Part shown: piece after piece, positions 13,201 to 28,200 of the stretch
Layout of the letters: the number at the start of each line of letters is the position of its first letter
Numbering within the stretch: position 1 is the first letter of the stretch
DNA from: Macrostomum hystrix
Lineage: Eukaryota > Animalia > Platyhelminthes
NCBI GenBank assembly: GCA_950097015.1
Contig: CATNEN010000038.1
Coordinates: 18,414,001 to 18,478,000 of the forward strand
Direction of reading: 5' to 3'
DNA: 64,000 bases
The notes under the pieces: model-generated
Database searches by the model: none
What the model was told of the DNA's origin: nothing
What the model saw: the letters and a program-made list of their open reading frames with translations, nothing else
Made by a program: the position numbers and the translations under genes

Positions 13201-16200
13201 GGAAGAGAAAGAAAGCAAGGGAAGTGTATCAAAATAGAGAGAACACTGATCTTCCGGGGGGGTAGATTTTCCATTGTCCGGCGAAAGGAAACTCTTGGAG
13301 GGTTGGTGAGACGGACTCAGCTTGGCCAGATTGATTTGAATAGAATTCCTTTTTCTTCTGCGATGGCCTTACACACTAGCGATTAAAGATCAGTTTTATG
13401 GCATTCATTTATTAGTGAGACACTGAGGAACAGAAAGCAATCAGTTCTTTTTATTACATTCTGGCTGACTACTAAACACTCTTTACCCATGCGGATACTG
13501 TACGCAGGCACACGCTCACACAGGTGTGTACACCTACCCTGACTTTCTCATTGTCAGACAGTGTACACTCTCACTGTGCCTGAATAGCACGACAAGCCCC
13601 CAAGCCTTCACGCGCTGGTGAAACGTCAGTTTTTTTTAACTGATTCGAATATTAAAGGCGTTAAAGCAGTGAGATGTGATTCAGGGGGCGAGTGGATCAG
13701 CGGCTAACGTCGCTGCCTCGCACTCCAAAGGACGCTAGTTCGATTCTCCCTTCAAGTCACGATTAATTTCGGGACTTGTTGGGGGGGTTTGGACAGTAGC
13801 GACCGGCGGAGGTGCACCATAATTCGCGCAATCGAAGCTTGAAATAATAGCTTCGCTCCTACCTTCTGTGAATCTGTGTGCCTGTCCTGCGTTGCGTGAG
13901 TTGTGTGTGTTTGCGCTGGGGCGTGAGACCTTGCGGGGGGTGGCTTGAGGGCGGGTGTACACCGCCGCGCGCTTTCTGGACTTCCGTCAGCGCGATTGGA
14001 TAAAGTGTACACTCATCACCCGGCCCCCCTGAGGACTGATTTCTTATCAGCCTTCCGCCCCCCGGCTTGGTCTGCTCTCTGCGTGCGGGGCTGGGGTGGG
14101 GGACACTGCTGCCTATTCTGGGTGCCTCCTGCCCTCCCCGGCTGGTCTGTGCTGTTGTGTGTGGTGCCTGCTCAGGGGAGGCGGCACGATGGGCGCTTAA
14201 GCGCCTAGTTCGCCGGTCTGGGGGCGTGCCGCTCCGTCGCTTGTGCAAATAGATAGATATAGAGAGATGTGATTCAGGAGAAAATGATTAGCGGATTTTG
14301 GAAGTGACGATTTAGAATAATTCATTAATGACTTTTTGGACAATAGAAGAGCTCCTATTGTTTATAGACTGACTATAATTTGCAAATTAAAGTGATAAAA
14401 AAATTGATAAAATATTTCTTACATTTTTCAAATGATTGCATTTAATTAAAAAGCATTCATTCAATCGATTGAATTTTATTATTTCATCTCGTCCCGCTTA
14501 GTCTTACTCTCAGCCATTTCCGTTGTATGTGGCTTTGAGTCTATTGTCTGATTGTGTTCAGTTATATTGGCCTGCTATTTGGCAATGAGCCAAGTCGATT
14601 ATTTTCACTGATTTTTGTCTGTCATGTTGGTTGCTATGCCGCTTAATGCCACAGTTTCAGAGTTAAATAGATTACAAATTTCTAAGTATGTAAACAAAGT
14701 TCTTGCTAGTTAGTCAATTTGTTTTTCCTTCCCATTTTGCTGTTTCATTTTTGTTCGCTTTATTTTTAGCACATCCCAGGGAGTTTTTTGGTCAAGTTTT
14801 TCGTTTCGCTTGCACAGACCTGAAAATGCATTTGCATTCTATGTCATTCTATGTTACAGTGGGGTCAGTTTTTTCTTCTAGCTTCTATTTTTGCCCTCTG
14901 AAAAAAATTGCACCGTTGCTAGGCTATTTCCACTTTGTCAATTCTGTTCAAACGATGTATTGTTATTTGCACGGGTTTTTTTTGCTTCCTACTACTTGAA
15001 AAGCCCGCATTTTCAAGTATGCCAATGTATATTTACAATTTTTCAACACATATCGGTTTGTTCCTTATCTTATTGACTAACGAGCGGGACGTTGAGCAGC
15101 TATGGTTTCATTTCTTGGAAACATTTCTTGATTCTCTAGGCGGTGTTTTTCTCCTGTTTATCTATATGTCTCTCTCTGTCTCTCTCTGTCTCTCTGTCTC
15201 TCCGTGTCTCTGTCTCTCTGTCTTTCTGTCTCTCTGTCTCTCCGTCTCTCTATCTCTCTGTCTCTCTGTCTCTCTCCGTCTCTCTGTCTCTCTGTCTCTC
15301 TGTCTCTCTGTCTCTCTGTCTCTCTCTGTCTCTCTGTCTCTCTGTCTCTCTGTCTCTCTGTCTCTCTCTGTCTCTCTGTCTCTCCGTCTCTCTCTGTCTC
15401 TCTGTCTCTCTGTCTCTCTGTCTCTCAGTCTCTCAGTCTCTCTGTCTCTCAGTCTCTCTCTGTCTCTCTGTCTCTCAGTCTCTCTGTCTCTCTGTCTCTC
15501 AGTCTCTCTCTGTCTCTCTGTCTCTCAGTCTCTCTGTCTCTCTGTCTCTCAGTCTCCTTGTCTTTCAGTCTATCACTGACCTTGCCTTTCCTTGCAACTC
15601 GTGTTGATTTAGAGTGTTTTTACAGCCCTAATGCCAATCTGTTTGTTGTTTTATTCCCTAGCACTAGAAGCACACGTGACAGGATTTTTATCCATTAAGT
15701 CTGTGATTGGCACCTGTTTGCTAGGGTTTATCCTTCATCTGTGTTCGTGTGTTGCGGGATTGTAAATTGAAAAGCTAAATATCGCGCCTAGATGAGATAT
15801 GGGAATTTGATGTAACCAAAAAGTGTCTGACTTTTTCTGAGCGAAAGCAGGGCGTGTCTATCGATTATTTTTTTCATCTCTTTACATTAGAAACGGTACT
15901 TTCAAGGTGAATAGGCTTGTTTGTTTCTACATGCGAATCGAAATGTATCATATTTTCCAAATCCGAAACCGAATCATCAACACCAACAACCGAACCGGAA
16001 TCTTAATTGATCATCTTTTCTAAATCCAAAACCGAAACTTAATTATTCGTATTGTTAGAATCCAAAACCGAATCCGAATTCGAAACCGATTCCGAAACCG
16101 AATCCGAATTCCAAACCGATTCCGAAACCGAATCCGTAACCAAATCTTAATTATTCGTATTTTTCCGAATCCGAAACCGAATCATAATTATTCTTCTGTT

Positions 16201-19200
16201 CCAATTCTTAATTATTCGTATTTTCCGAATTTGAATCCGAAACCGAATCTGAAACCGATTCCGAAACCGAATCCGTAACCAAATCTTAATTATTCGTATT
16301 TTTCCGAATCCGAAAGCGAATCATAATTATTCTTCTGTTCCAAATCTTAATTATTCGTATTTTTCCGAATCCGAAACCGAATCATAATTATTCTTCTGTT
16401 CCAAATCTTAATTATTCGTATTTTCCGAATTCGAATCCGAATCATAATTATTCTTCTGTTCCAAATCTTAATTATTCGTATTTTTCCGAATCCGAAAGCG
16501 AATCATAATTATTCTTCTGTTCCAAATCTTAATTATTCGTATTTTCCGAATCCGAAACCGAATCATAATTATTCTTCTGTTCCAAATCTTAATTATTCGT
16601 ATTTTCCGAATTCGAATCCGAAACCGAATCCGAAACCGACTCCGAAACCGAATCCGTAACCAAATCTTAATTATTAGTATTTTTCCGAATCCAAAACCGA
16701 ATCCAAATCCGAAACCGAATCCGAATCGAATCCGAAGCCGAATCCGAAACAGAATCTGAAACCGAATCCGAATCGAGTCCGAAACCGAATCCGAAGCGAA
16801 TCAAAAACAGAATTGAATCAAAATCCGAATCCGAATCCGAAGCCGAATCCGAATCAAATCCGAAGCCGAATCCAAAACTGAATCTGAAACCGAATCAGTA
16901 ACCAAATCCTAATTATTCGTATTTTTCAAAATCAAAAACCGAATCTAAAATATTCTACGAATCTAAAACCGAACCTGAATTTAAATTCTTGTCTCTTTCA
17001 AAACCGAAAACGAAAACCTAAACAAACAAACCAAGAAGTTATTATCTCTAAAATGTTCAGAGTTCATTGTTTTGTTTCTTTTGGAAAGAAATTGCTATAT
17101 TTAATGCTTGAGTAATAAACTTGTTTCTCTGCATAATTGAAGTGAAATTGATACTGTTTTGTGACATTCAACATTTAAATATGAAACTCGGTTTATTTGG
17201 CTTTGTTATGATATTCAATACTGTTTTGATTCTATTAGTTCAAAGCATAGTTAGTTCAAATATTTTTATTTGTGGCATTGAAACGACTGAAAAAAAAATT
17301 TAGACCTTAATCGATAAAGATTTTCAACATAGAAATTTAGCCTTCTTAATGCGCTTTTTATGTTAAAATAAATCTTAAAGGTCACGCCAAGAAATATAAT
17401 TTTTCTTTGCTCCCATTGTGGGTCAATATGGTCCTGTAATGGGTCGATATGGTCCTTTAGTGGGTCAATATTGTCCTGTAGTGGGTCAATATGGTCCTGT
17501 AATGGGTCGATATGGTCCTTTAGTGGGTCGATATGGTCCTGTAGTTTGTCAATATGGTCCTGTAGTGGGTCGATATGGTCCTGTAGTGGGTCGATATAGT
17601 CCTGTAGTGGGTCGATATGGTCCTCTAGTGGGTCGATATGGTCCTCTAGTGGGTCAATATGGTCCTCTAGTGGGTCGTGACCCACATGGTCGATATCGTA
17701 CCTTTTTGTTTTTATGTCTATAATAATATAATTGACATGACACTAAATTTGGTTGAAATTTAATTTTACTTTCTCAGGGTTCTATTGAAATGAGTCTACC
17801 CGCGCCTGGCAACTATTCACTGACTGCAGAAATTCGCTTTCTACCAATGGAATTGACACCCCATGCAACTGGTCCTGCCGCTACTAACACAATGTGTCGC
17901 ATCACTCGACTAGCTAGTCCTGCTCTTATGACGTCATCAAATTCTTCCCTTTGCATCTTTGATCCGGCTAAATTGCCGGAGATTAGTTCTGATCCACCAT
18001 TGGCATTGTCTGGCACTGTTGAACTGCTCATTGGAGAACAGCTGACTGTGCGGACTGGGGCCGATCCGGGTGCCGGCTGCTACTCTACTGAATTCTTCTG
18101 GCTGCCGGGTGATGACAGCGGCGCTGATGTTGAGTACGCTGCGTGAGTGCCCGTTCGATTATGCGCCAAATATTCTCGTTGCCATGGAGATCTTAGGCTA
18201 GGGAGTGTTGTGGCCTAGTGATTAGAAAGTCAGACTTCGGATATGAAGGTCGGAGGTTCGATTCTTGACTTCACTGGGACAATTTTTGTCCTTTAGCAGA
18301 ACCGTAACTTTTAAATGGGTACTAGCGTTAGCTGGGTTAACTGAGGGTGGGTGTGGCGCCCCCAGTCCATGGACTGAACAGCCTTCAGATGCGCCGCGCA
18401 ATAGCTACGGCTGTCCATCATTTTTATTCAACTTCTACCCATTGTGTTCCGCTTCCATCCTTCACATTTCTTCCTTCCTGATGTTAATAAAGGCAAATGT
18501 TCATTTTGACCATATGAAAAATTCTTTTGTTTTAGTTTGAATTCTTACAACGTCATTGTTCTTCATTTCTTTTGTTAGTGGAGTTTTTTTATCAAATAGG
18601 TTGACCTTAACTGTAGGAAATATTGTTCTATTGTCACTGTTGGGCCATTGTGTTTTACTGTGATTAAATTTGCTTCATGGTTTTTTTGATGGCATTACTT
18701 CTACTTTGACCTTGAAGCTCGTTCTCTAGCTAGTGTAATTTAATTAAATAATTTCATCATTGACAGATAGACAGTTTTATAAAAAAACACAGCTTAAATA
18801 CTATTCAACACAAAATTATACATTGGGTTCCGCGATGGAAGAGTTCCGTTATGGAAGAGTTCCGTTATGGAAGAGTTCCGTTATGGAAGAGTTCCGTTAT
18901 GGAAGAGTTCCGTTATGGAAGAGTTCCGTTATGGAAGAGTTCCGTTATGGAAGAGTTCCGTGATGGAAGAGTTCCGTTATGGAAGAGTTCCGTTATGGAA
19001 GAGTTCCGTTATGGAAGAGTTCCGTTATGGAAGAGTTCCGTTATGGAAGAGTTCCGTGATGGAAGAGTTCCGTTATGGAAGAGTTCCGTTATGGAAGAGT
19101 TCCGTTATGGAAGAGTTCCGTTATGGAAGAGTTCCGTTATGGAAGAGTTCCGTTATGGAAGAGTTCCGTGATGGAAGAGTTCCGTTATGGAAGAGTTCCG

Positions 19201-22200
19201 TGAGGGAAGAGTTCCATGGTGGAAGAGTTCCGTGATAGAAGAGTTCCGTTATGGAAGAGTTCCGTTATGGAAGAGTTCCGTAATGGAAGAGTTCCGTTAT
19301 GGAAGAGTTCCGTGAGGGAAGAGTTACGTGATGGAAGAGTTCCGTGATGGAAGAGTTACGTGATGGAAGAGTTCCGTGATGGAAGAGTTCCGTGATGGAA
19401 GAGTTCCATGATGGAAGAGTTCCATGATGGAAGAGTTCCATGATGGAAGAGTTCCGTGAGGGAAGAGTTCCATGATGGAAGAGTTCCGTGATGGAAGAGC
19501 TCCGTTAGGGAAGAGTTCCATGATGGAAGAGTTCCATGATGGAAGAGTTCCATGAGGGAAGAGTCCCGTGATGGAAGAGTTCCATGATGGAAGAGTTCCA
19601 TGATGGAAGAGTTCCGTGATGGAAGAGTTCCGTGATGGAAGAGTTCCGTGATGGAAGAGTTCCGTTATGGAAGAGTTCCGTTATGGAAGAGTTCCATGAG
19701 GGAAGAGTTCCATGAGGGAAGAGTTCCATGATAGAAGAGTTCCATGATGAAAGAGTCCCGTGATGGAAGAGTTCCTTAAGGGAAGAGTTCCATGAGGGAA
19801 GAGTTCCATGAGGGAAGAGTTCCATGAGGGAAGAGTTCCATGAGGGAAGAGTTCCATGAGGGAAGAGTTCCATGATAGAAGAGTTCCATGATGGAAGAGT
19901 CCCGTGAGGGAAGAGTTCCATGATGGAAGAGTTCCGTGAGGGAAGAGTTCCGTGATGGAAGAGCTCCGTTAGGGAAGAGCTCCGTTAGGGAAGAGTCCCG
20001 TGATGGAAGAGTTCCATGATGGAAGAGTTCCGTGAGGGAAGAGTTCCGTGATGGAAGAGCTCCGTTAGGGAAGAGTCCCGTGATGGAAGAGTTCCGTGAT
20101 GGAAGAGCTCCGTTAGGGAAGAGTCCCGTGATGGAAGAGTTCCGTGATGGAAGAGCTCCGTTAGGGAAGAGTCCCGTGATGGAAGAGTTCCGTGATGGAA
20201 GAGCTCCGTTAGGGAAGAGTCCCGTGATGGAAGAGTTCCGTGATGGAATTGTTCCATGATGGAAGAGTTCCGTGATGGAAGAGCTCCGTTATGGAAGAGT
20301 TCCGTTATGGAAGAGTTCCGTGATGGAAGAGTTCCGTTATGGAAGAGTCCCGTGATGGAAGAGTTCCGTGATGGAATTGTTCCATGATGGAAGAGTTCCG
20401 TGATGGAAGAGCTCCGTTAGGGAAGAGTCCCGTGATGGAAGAGTTCCGTGATGGAAGAGCTCCGTTAGGGAAGAGTCCCGTGATGGAAGAGTTCCGTGAT
20501 GGAATTGTTCCATGATGGAAGAGTTCCGTGATGGAAGAGCTCCGTTAGGGAAGAGTCCCGTGATGGAAGAGTTCCGTGATGGAAGAGCTCCGTTAGGGAA
20601 GAGTCCCGTGATGGAAGAGTTCCTTAGTGGAAGAGTTCCGTGATCGAAGAGTTCCGTGAGGGAAGAGTTATATTTTAGCAAAATATTTGCTGTCTGCAAG
20701 TTGATCAAGCACACACATTAGTTGTACTAATTGTAAATTGGTAAGCACAGTGGGGGTACCAATCTTGACTCTTACTTTCGTACTAATTAGCGACTTTTAT
20801 TTGTTTCTTGTCGCATTTGGCAACTGGAACGAGTGATACTCTACTGGAGTCCTGTTCTAATTAGCTTTTCCCTAAACTGGACTGCTGTATTGGACACACA
20901 GTTAGGCAGGTCTTTGTTTATTGCAGGCCTGTTTTCAGCATTACATGGCTGAGTCGATCCATAACAGCAAACTTTACTATTTTCTGCTGACGAAACTGTA
21001 TCGAAAGGTCGGCGTATTGATTTTCATCTGCTGTCCCTGCTGTACTCAAGCAGCACGATATCTGTCTTCATCCCAGACACCCCATCTTATACTTTCTTAT
21101 CTAATTCCCCCTCTCTGCTACCCTCTCCCATCCTCTCCTATCCTATTATATCTTCCCTATACTCTCGTATCCTATTCTATCCTATCCTATACTATTCTAT
21201 CCTCTCCAATTCTATCATCTCCTACTCAATACTATCCTCTCCTATCCTCTCGTATCCTCTCGTTTCCTATTCTGTTCTATTCTATCCTCTCCTATTCTAT
21301 CCTCTTCTATTCTATCCTCTCCTATTCTATCCTCTCCTATTCTATCCTCTCCTATTCTATCCTCTCCTATTCTATCCTCTCCTATTCTATCCTCTCCAAT
21401 TCTATCATCTCCTATTCTATCCACTCCTATTCTATCCACTCCTATTCTATCCTCTCCTATTCTATCCTCTCCTATTCTATCCTCTCCTATTCTATCCTCT
21501 CCTATTCTATCCTTTCCTATTCTATCCTCTCCTATTCTATCCACTCCTATTCTATCCTCTCCTATTCTATCCTCTCCTATTCTATCCTCTCCTATTCTAT
21601 TCTATCCAATTCTATTCTCTAGAATCCTATTCTATCCTCTCCTATTCTATCCACTCCTATTCTATCCTCTCCTATTCTATCCTCTCCTATTCTATCCTCT
21701 CCTATTCTATCCTCTCCTATTCTATCCTCTCCTATTCTATCCACTCCTATTCTATCCACTCCTATTCTATCCTCTCCTATTCTATCCACTCCTATTCTAT
21801 CCTCTCCTATTCTATCCTCTCCTATTCTATCATCTCCTATTCTATTCTATCCAATTCTATTCTCTAAAATCCTATTCTATCCTCTCCTATTCTATCCTCT
21901 CCTATTCTATCCTCTCCTATTCTATCCTCTCCTATTCTATCCTCTACTATTCTATTCTATCCAATTCTATTCTCTAGAATCCTATTCTATCCTCTCCTAT
22001 TCTATCCTCTCCTATTCTATCCTCTCCTATTCTATCCTCTCCTATTCTATCCTCTCCTATTCTATTCTATCCAATTCTATTCTCTAGAATCCTATTCTAT
22101 CCTCTCCTATTTTATCCTCTCCTATTCTATCCTCTCCAATTCTATCATCTCCTATTCTATCCTCTCCTATTCTATCCTCTCCTATTCTATTCTATCCAAT

Positions 22201-25200
22201 TCTATTCTCTAGAATCCTATTCTATCCTCTCCTATTCTATCCTCTCCTATTCTATCCTCTACTATTCTATCCTCTCCTATTCTATTCTATCCAATTCTAT
22301 TCTCTAGAATCCTATTCTATCCTCTCCTATTCTATCCTCTCCTATTCTATCCTCTCCTGTTCTATCCTCTCCTATTCTATCCTCTCCTATTCTATCCTCT
22401 CCTATTCTATCCTCTACTATTCTATCCTCTCCTATTCTATTCTATCCAATTCTATTCTCTAGAATCCTATTCTATCCTCTCCTATTCTATCCTCTCCTAT
22501 TCTATCCTCTCCTATTCTATCCTCTCCAATTCTATCATCTCCTATTCTATCCTCTCCTATTCTATCCTCTCCTATTCTATTCTATCCAATTCTATTCTCT
22601 AGAATCCTATTCTATCCTCTCCTATTCTATTCTCTCCTATTCTATCCTCTCCTATTCTATCCTCTCCTATTCTATCCTCTCCTATTCTATCCTCTCCTAT
22701 TCTATCCTCTCCTATTCTATCCTCTCCTATTCTATCCTCTCCTATTCTATCCTCTCCTATTCTTTCCTCTCCTATTCTATTCTATCCAATTCTATCCTCT
22801 CCTATCTTATCCAATTATGCCCTATTCTATCCTCTCCTATCCTATTGGCCTTTTCTATCCTATCCTTCCTTATCTAAGGCACTTATTGTTCCCCTAGTTT
22901 CTGACTATTCGCACCGTGTTAGTTTTTGTCTCAACATGTTGTCATTGCTTTATTTTCTTCAATAGTTTTTCTGCATTTCTCTCTCTGTCCAAAGGATTAT
23001 CGTTCTCTGCCACCCTCATGCCAATCCTTAATTCAAGCTGTTGTGTACTCGTATTTAAACCTGTTGCATTAGTAGTATATGTATTATTATTAGAAAAGCA
23101 AGCATACACACACAGAGAGAGGGGAAGTATGTTCTACAGTTCATTCACAGCCTTAAGCCAATATTTCGATTAGGAACAGCTTTGACTTTGGCTAACTCCT
23201 TCCCCTGATTTCGTTTGCCCGCTCTCACCTTTGATCCGGTCTTCCCTGGCCAAGGACAATATGGAGAATAAAGTGATTAACTTGGTAAGGATCTCTCTTA
23301 CTTGGATCTGCTAGTAGAAGAAAATAATTTATTAGTTGCCGGGACTTCTTTTTTACAGAGATTTTCCTTCTTGTTTCACGCAAAGTTAGTCGGTCGGCTC
23401 CCTGTAGTTGAGGACTCTCTCTAGGCTTAACTGCTCAGAAATCGAGTGGATTTGGGAAGGCTAGAAATGAGAGCACAATTGGACACAGAAAGTGAAGCTC
23501 CCTGTTGTTTAGCCTCATTTCATTTCTGGTCGGAGTTCCGGCTTTGGTCTCTGTCATTTCCTTTTTGCCAATTTTGCCCTTCAATGCCACCCTTAGCCCC
23601 CCCCCCCCTGTTGGACTGAATCTTCATTATTTCTCGGGGCCGCTTCACTGTACGCTTCCTGTTCTAGCAATGGGACTGCACGAATGGACTGAATTGCAGT
23701 TTTCGTTACTCTAACATTCGTTACTTTGGCGTCATTGATTTTTTAAATCCTGCCTTCGTTACTTTCGTTTTCATTAATTCGTTACTCCAACCTTCGTTAT
23801 TTTAGATTTCTAGAATTCGTTAGTCCAGCCTTCGTTACTTCGAGAATTCGAGAATTTGTTACGCTAAGCTTCGTTACTTTAGCTTTCAAGAATTCGGTAC
23901 TCAAAACTTCGTTACTTTAGATTTCTAGAATTCGTTAGTCCAGCCTTCGTTACTTCGAGAATTTGTTACAATAAACTTCGTTACTTTAGAATCAAGAATT
24001 CGGTACTCAAACCTTCGTTACTTTAGATTTCTAGATTTCGTTAGTCCAGCCTTCGTTACTTCGAGAATTTGTTACACTAAGCTTCGTTACTTTAGCTTTC
24101 AAGAATTCGTTAGTCCAACCTTCTTCACTTTTGCTTAATGAATTTCGTTACTATAGCCTTCGTTACTTTAGCATTATAGACTTCGTTACTCCTGCCTTTT
24201 TTAATTGTTAACTAAAAAGTCCAGTTACGAGCTACTTGATTTTTCTGTCAATATTTTCCGTGATTATATAGATATATTGAGTTGTATATTTCCTCTTTTC
24301 ACTTGAGTCCGCTGTCGTTTTTTACTTTGAATGTTACAAATCGATATTTACTATTTGGCAACGAAGCTTATTAAGCTTTGCCTTTGGGTTTAGACAACAA
24401 AATGCGAATGATTATTCGATGCTTTTTCCAATAGTTTCGAGTCGGCTGTCTTGTTTGGCCCTAATGATCGTTATTGAACGTGCCGTTTCACTATTCACTC
24501 CACCCATTATAGGCTAAAAAATTTGACCCCAAGAAGAGTATAATTCCTCTTACTCAGTTATTAGGTTCAACAGGCTGGCGACTCTGTTTTGGGCGTGCTC
24601 AAAAATTAATTAATTCAGCTCAGGGCAAGCCGGTTTTGGGTTCCCCAGGGTTGCGTAATAATGCATTCGGCCTGCCTTGCCTGCTCTGGTGAGATTTTGT
24701 GATTGTTTTTTTTCTGTATCGATTGGCACACGAAATGATAGACAAATTTGTTGTCTTACATCTCCCATTTTTTCCTTCAGTCATACTGGTTTCATAATTT
24801 TAATTAGGGAATATTTTGCTTAAGGCACAGTGATAGTGTAGACTGCCTTCACAATGAGACAGTCAGGGAAGATGTACACACCTGTGTGAGTGTGTGTGCG
24901 TGTGTGCTCAGGAGTCAGCGAAATGGGCAGGATTGCCTCCTCTCTGGCTGCGGGTCTAGTGTCACCAAACATTGCGCCCGCAGCCCTGCTTTTTAGAGGT
25001 TTCATGTTCTCAATGTTTGCGAATGATTCGAGCACACTGATATTTAATGGCTTTTTCTGGTATTTGTCATCTAACAAGCATTGAATAACAATGTGCTCTA
25101 TTCGATGTGCACTGACACGCAAAATCACATCGCAATTGAAGATTTTTTCACTGATTGTTTTGCCGTGTTTTACCTTTTTGCTCACTTGTCATTAGAAATG

Positions 25201-28200
25201 ACCCCACCATGTCATGCTGTCATCTAGCTTACTCATCTCAAGATAGATTTTCAAGCGAAAAAGCTTTTCAAAAATACAGTTTTCTTTTTTGTATTGTCCT
25301 AATATTTAGGCTTACTTACGCTATGTTTTATAACTTTATAACGGAGATTGTAGCCTAGCGGTTAGGGCGTCGGACTTACGACTTGAAGGTCGGGGGTTCG
25401 ATTCCCTCTCGTCTGGACAATTAAAAGACAATCTGTATCCTTTAGCAAGACACTTAACTCTGCATTGCTTCAGTTCACCCAGCTGTTAAATGGGTACCAG
25501 CATTTGGGCAGGTGTTATCAATTATTATATTACTAATTATATTTGTCACAGTTTTCACATCATTTTGCCCATTTCGCTGACTCCTGAGCACACGCGCACG
25601 CGGATACCGTACGCAGGCACACCCACACAGGTGTGTACATGCTCTGGGACTTTCTCATGGTCAGGCAGTGTACACTCTCACTGTGTCTTGTAGGTTGTCC
25701 CTCGAGGGCGTAAATTGCACGAAAAGCAGCCAAGTCTTCTATTCGCGGCTGCGCCCCAATTTAATATGGCCTCGCCGTGGACTCCAGCTCAGGGACCTTG
25801 GTGCGAGACGCAAACGCGTTTACCGCACCGCCATCCACTCCTTATATAGTCAGTACAGTCAATCAGCTCCTAAATATTCAGAATTAATAGCACCAGAAGC
25901 AGACGTCAGTCATTGTTGTTATTTCTGCATTCCCTAACCATATTCCCATGAATATGAACAGATCCCCAGGCACTGCTAGCTTTGTTCACACCTACTTCCG
26001 GCCTGGAAATTACACCCTGCTGCTGCTGCTGCTGCCGTTGCTGCAAAGGGAACCCGCATTGCTTGCCACTTCCGGTCGACAACTGGCGACAGTCGCTAGG
26101 CAGCTTCCGGTTCGAGTTTTGCCAGCTCCGGCTGTTCGTGTGCTGGCGTTAACCTGCTTAAACTGTCTGATGACCGAGGACAGACAGCTCATACACCTGG
26201 CAAGCTCACCTCCTGCTGCTGCTGCTGATCAGACCTTCTTTAGCCTCAGGTGAGATCAGTATAGTAGCCTGAGACTGTGATGGTGAAGCAATAGAATGGA
26301 TTGCTAATCTATGCAATTAGATAAAGGAATAAAATGGATTGCTAATCCATCCCATTAGATGATGGAATAGGATGGATTGCTAATCTATGCAATTAGATAA
26401 AGGAATATAATGGATTGCTAATCTATGCAATTAGATAAAGGAATAGAATGGATTGCTAATCGATCCCATTAGATGATGGAATAGGATGGATTGCTAATCT
26501 ATGCAATTAGATAAAGGAATAGAATGGATTGCTAATCTATGCCATTAGATGAAGTAATAGAATGGATTGCTAATCTATGCAATTAGATAACGGAATAGAA
26601 TGGATTGCTAATCCATCCCATTAGATGATGGAATAGGATGGATTGCTAATCTATGCAATTAGATAAAGGAATAGAATGGATTGCTAATCTATTCCATTAG
26701 ATGAAGAAATAGAATCTAATGCGCATTATCGCATTAGATAATAATTTAAATAATAATTTATCAATCAATATTTTTTCCTTCAGAACCGACGCCAAGTTTC
26801 CACTGGTGGCTCGGGTAAATTTTGGCGATGGCGAATCACTCGAGCTCGGCCTTCGCGAGCCAGATCTAACAATGACACCTGGAATAATTACTGTTCTCAA
26901 TTTTAGCCATGCTTTTAGTGCTGGTAAGTTTTTATGCATTATTCTTTTACAAACTAATTACATATTTTTGTTTACAGAACTGTTGTTCTGACACAGAATC
27001 TGTAAACCCGTCTGTAATACAGAATCTGTAAACCTGTCTCTAATACAGAATCTGTAAACCCGTCTGTAATACAGAATCTGTAAAAAATGTCTGTAACACA
27101 GAATCTGTAAACTGGTCTGTAATACAGAATCTGTGAACTGGTCAGTAATACAGAATCTATAAACATGGCTGTAATTCAGAATCTGTAAACTGGTCTGTAA
27201 TACAGAATCTGTAAACCAGCCTGTAATACAGAATCTGTAAACAGCCTGTAATACAGAATCAGTAAACCAGCCTATAATTCAGAATCTGTAAACTGGTCCG
27301 TAATACAGAATCTTTAAACTGGTCTGTAATACAGAATCTGTAAACATGACTGTAATACAGAATCTGTAAACCTGTCTGTACTATACAGACTATGTAGACA
27401 TGTGTTTGTAAAAGCTGTTTAGCATCACTTTTTGCATTGACATGTTCTAGATCAAAATCTAGATAGCAAAACAAGTTTTCTTGTGCTGCTAGTATAAAAA
27501 ATAGTTTTTTTCTTTGAGTTTCCCACGCGTTTGGTGAAGGTTAGACTGTGAAAATTTGTTTTATTATTACCCTGAGCTGAGCTAGAACTGGAAGAGATGA
27601 AATAAAAAATAAATAAATAAAATTGCTTTCACTGAATCTCCTGTCCTTGGTGACAAATATCAGGAGGCGAACATTTGATTGACAGGTTATATAATATTTG
27701 ACACCTTGGCCCTTCTAAAAGCGTTTTTTCGATTTCTATATCCATGACGGGTTATCATTATCTGCTTAGAGCTGTTAAGTATCATTCAGGTACAGTATGT
27801 CACTGACAGGAATGCCTGGATAATCAATTTGACATGACAGGCAGGGCTATTTTTTATAAAGCTTAAGTGTGAAAACATGTAATGAGTCACCATCTTGCGC
27901 TACTCAATTTAGACGCTAGGAATTCTCAGCTAGATTCAGAACCTCTTTGACATTCATCGCCAAGGCTTCTCACACCAGGCCCCATTCAGTTCTCAATAGC
28001 ACTTTCACTCAACCACTCACCCTTCTGCTCTCCTTCTATAGCTGCTTCACGCGTTTAATAGCCATGGATTTTGTTGCCATGGAGACAATAAAAATTGCGT
28101 TTACGAATAATTTACAACCTCTATGTTGTGCATATATGCATGGTTTTCTGTACGGCGTCTCTTCACTTTATATAATGTCGTGAGAATTTTTTTTTTGAAT

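Noticed and set aside
14028-14065. Hammerhead ribozyme (ctgagga plus hairpin) in SINE D
   Set aside because: The required GAAA after stem II is missing
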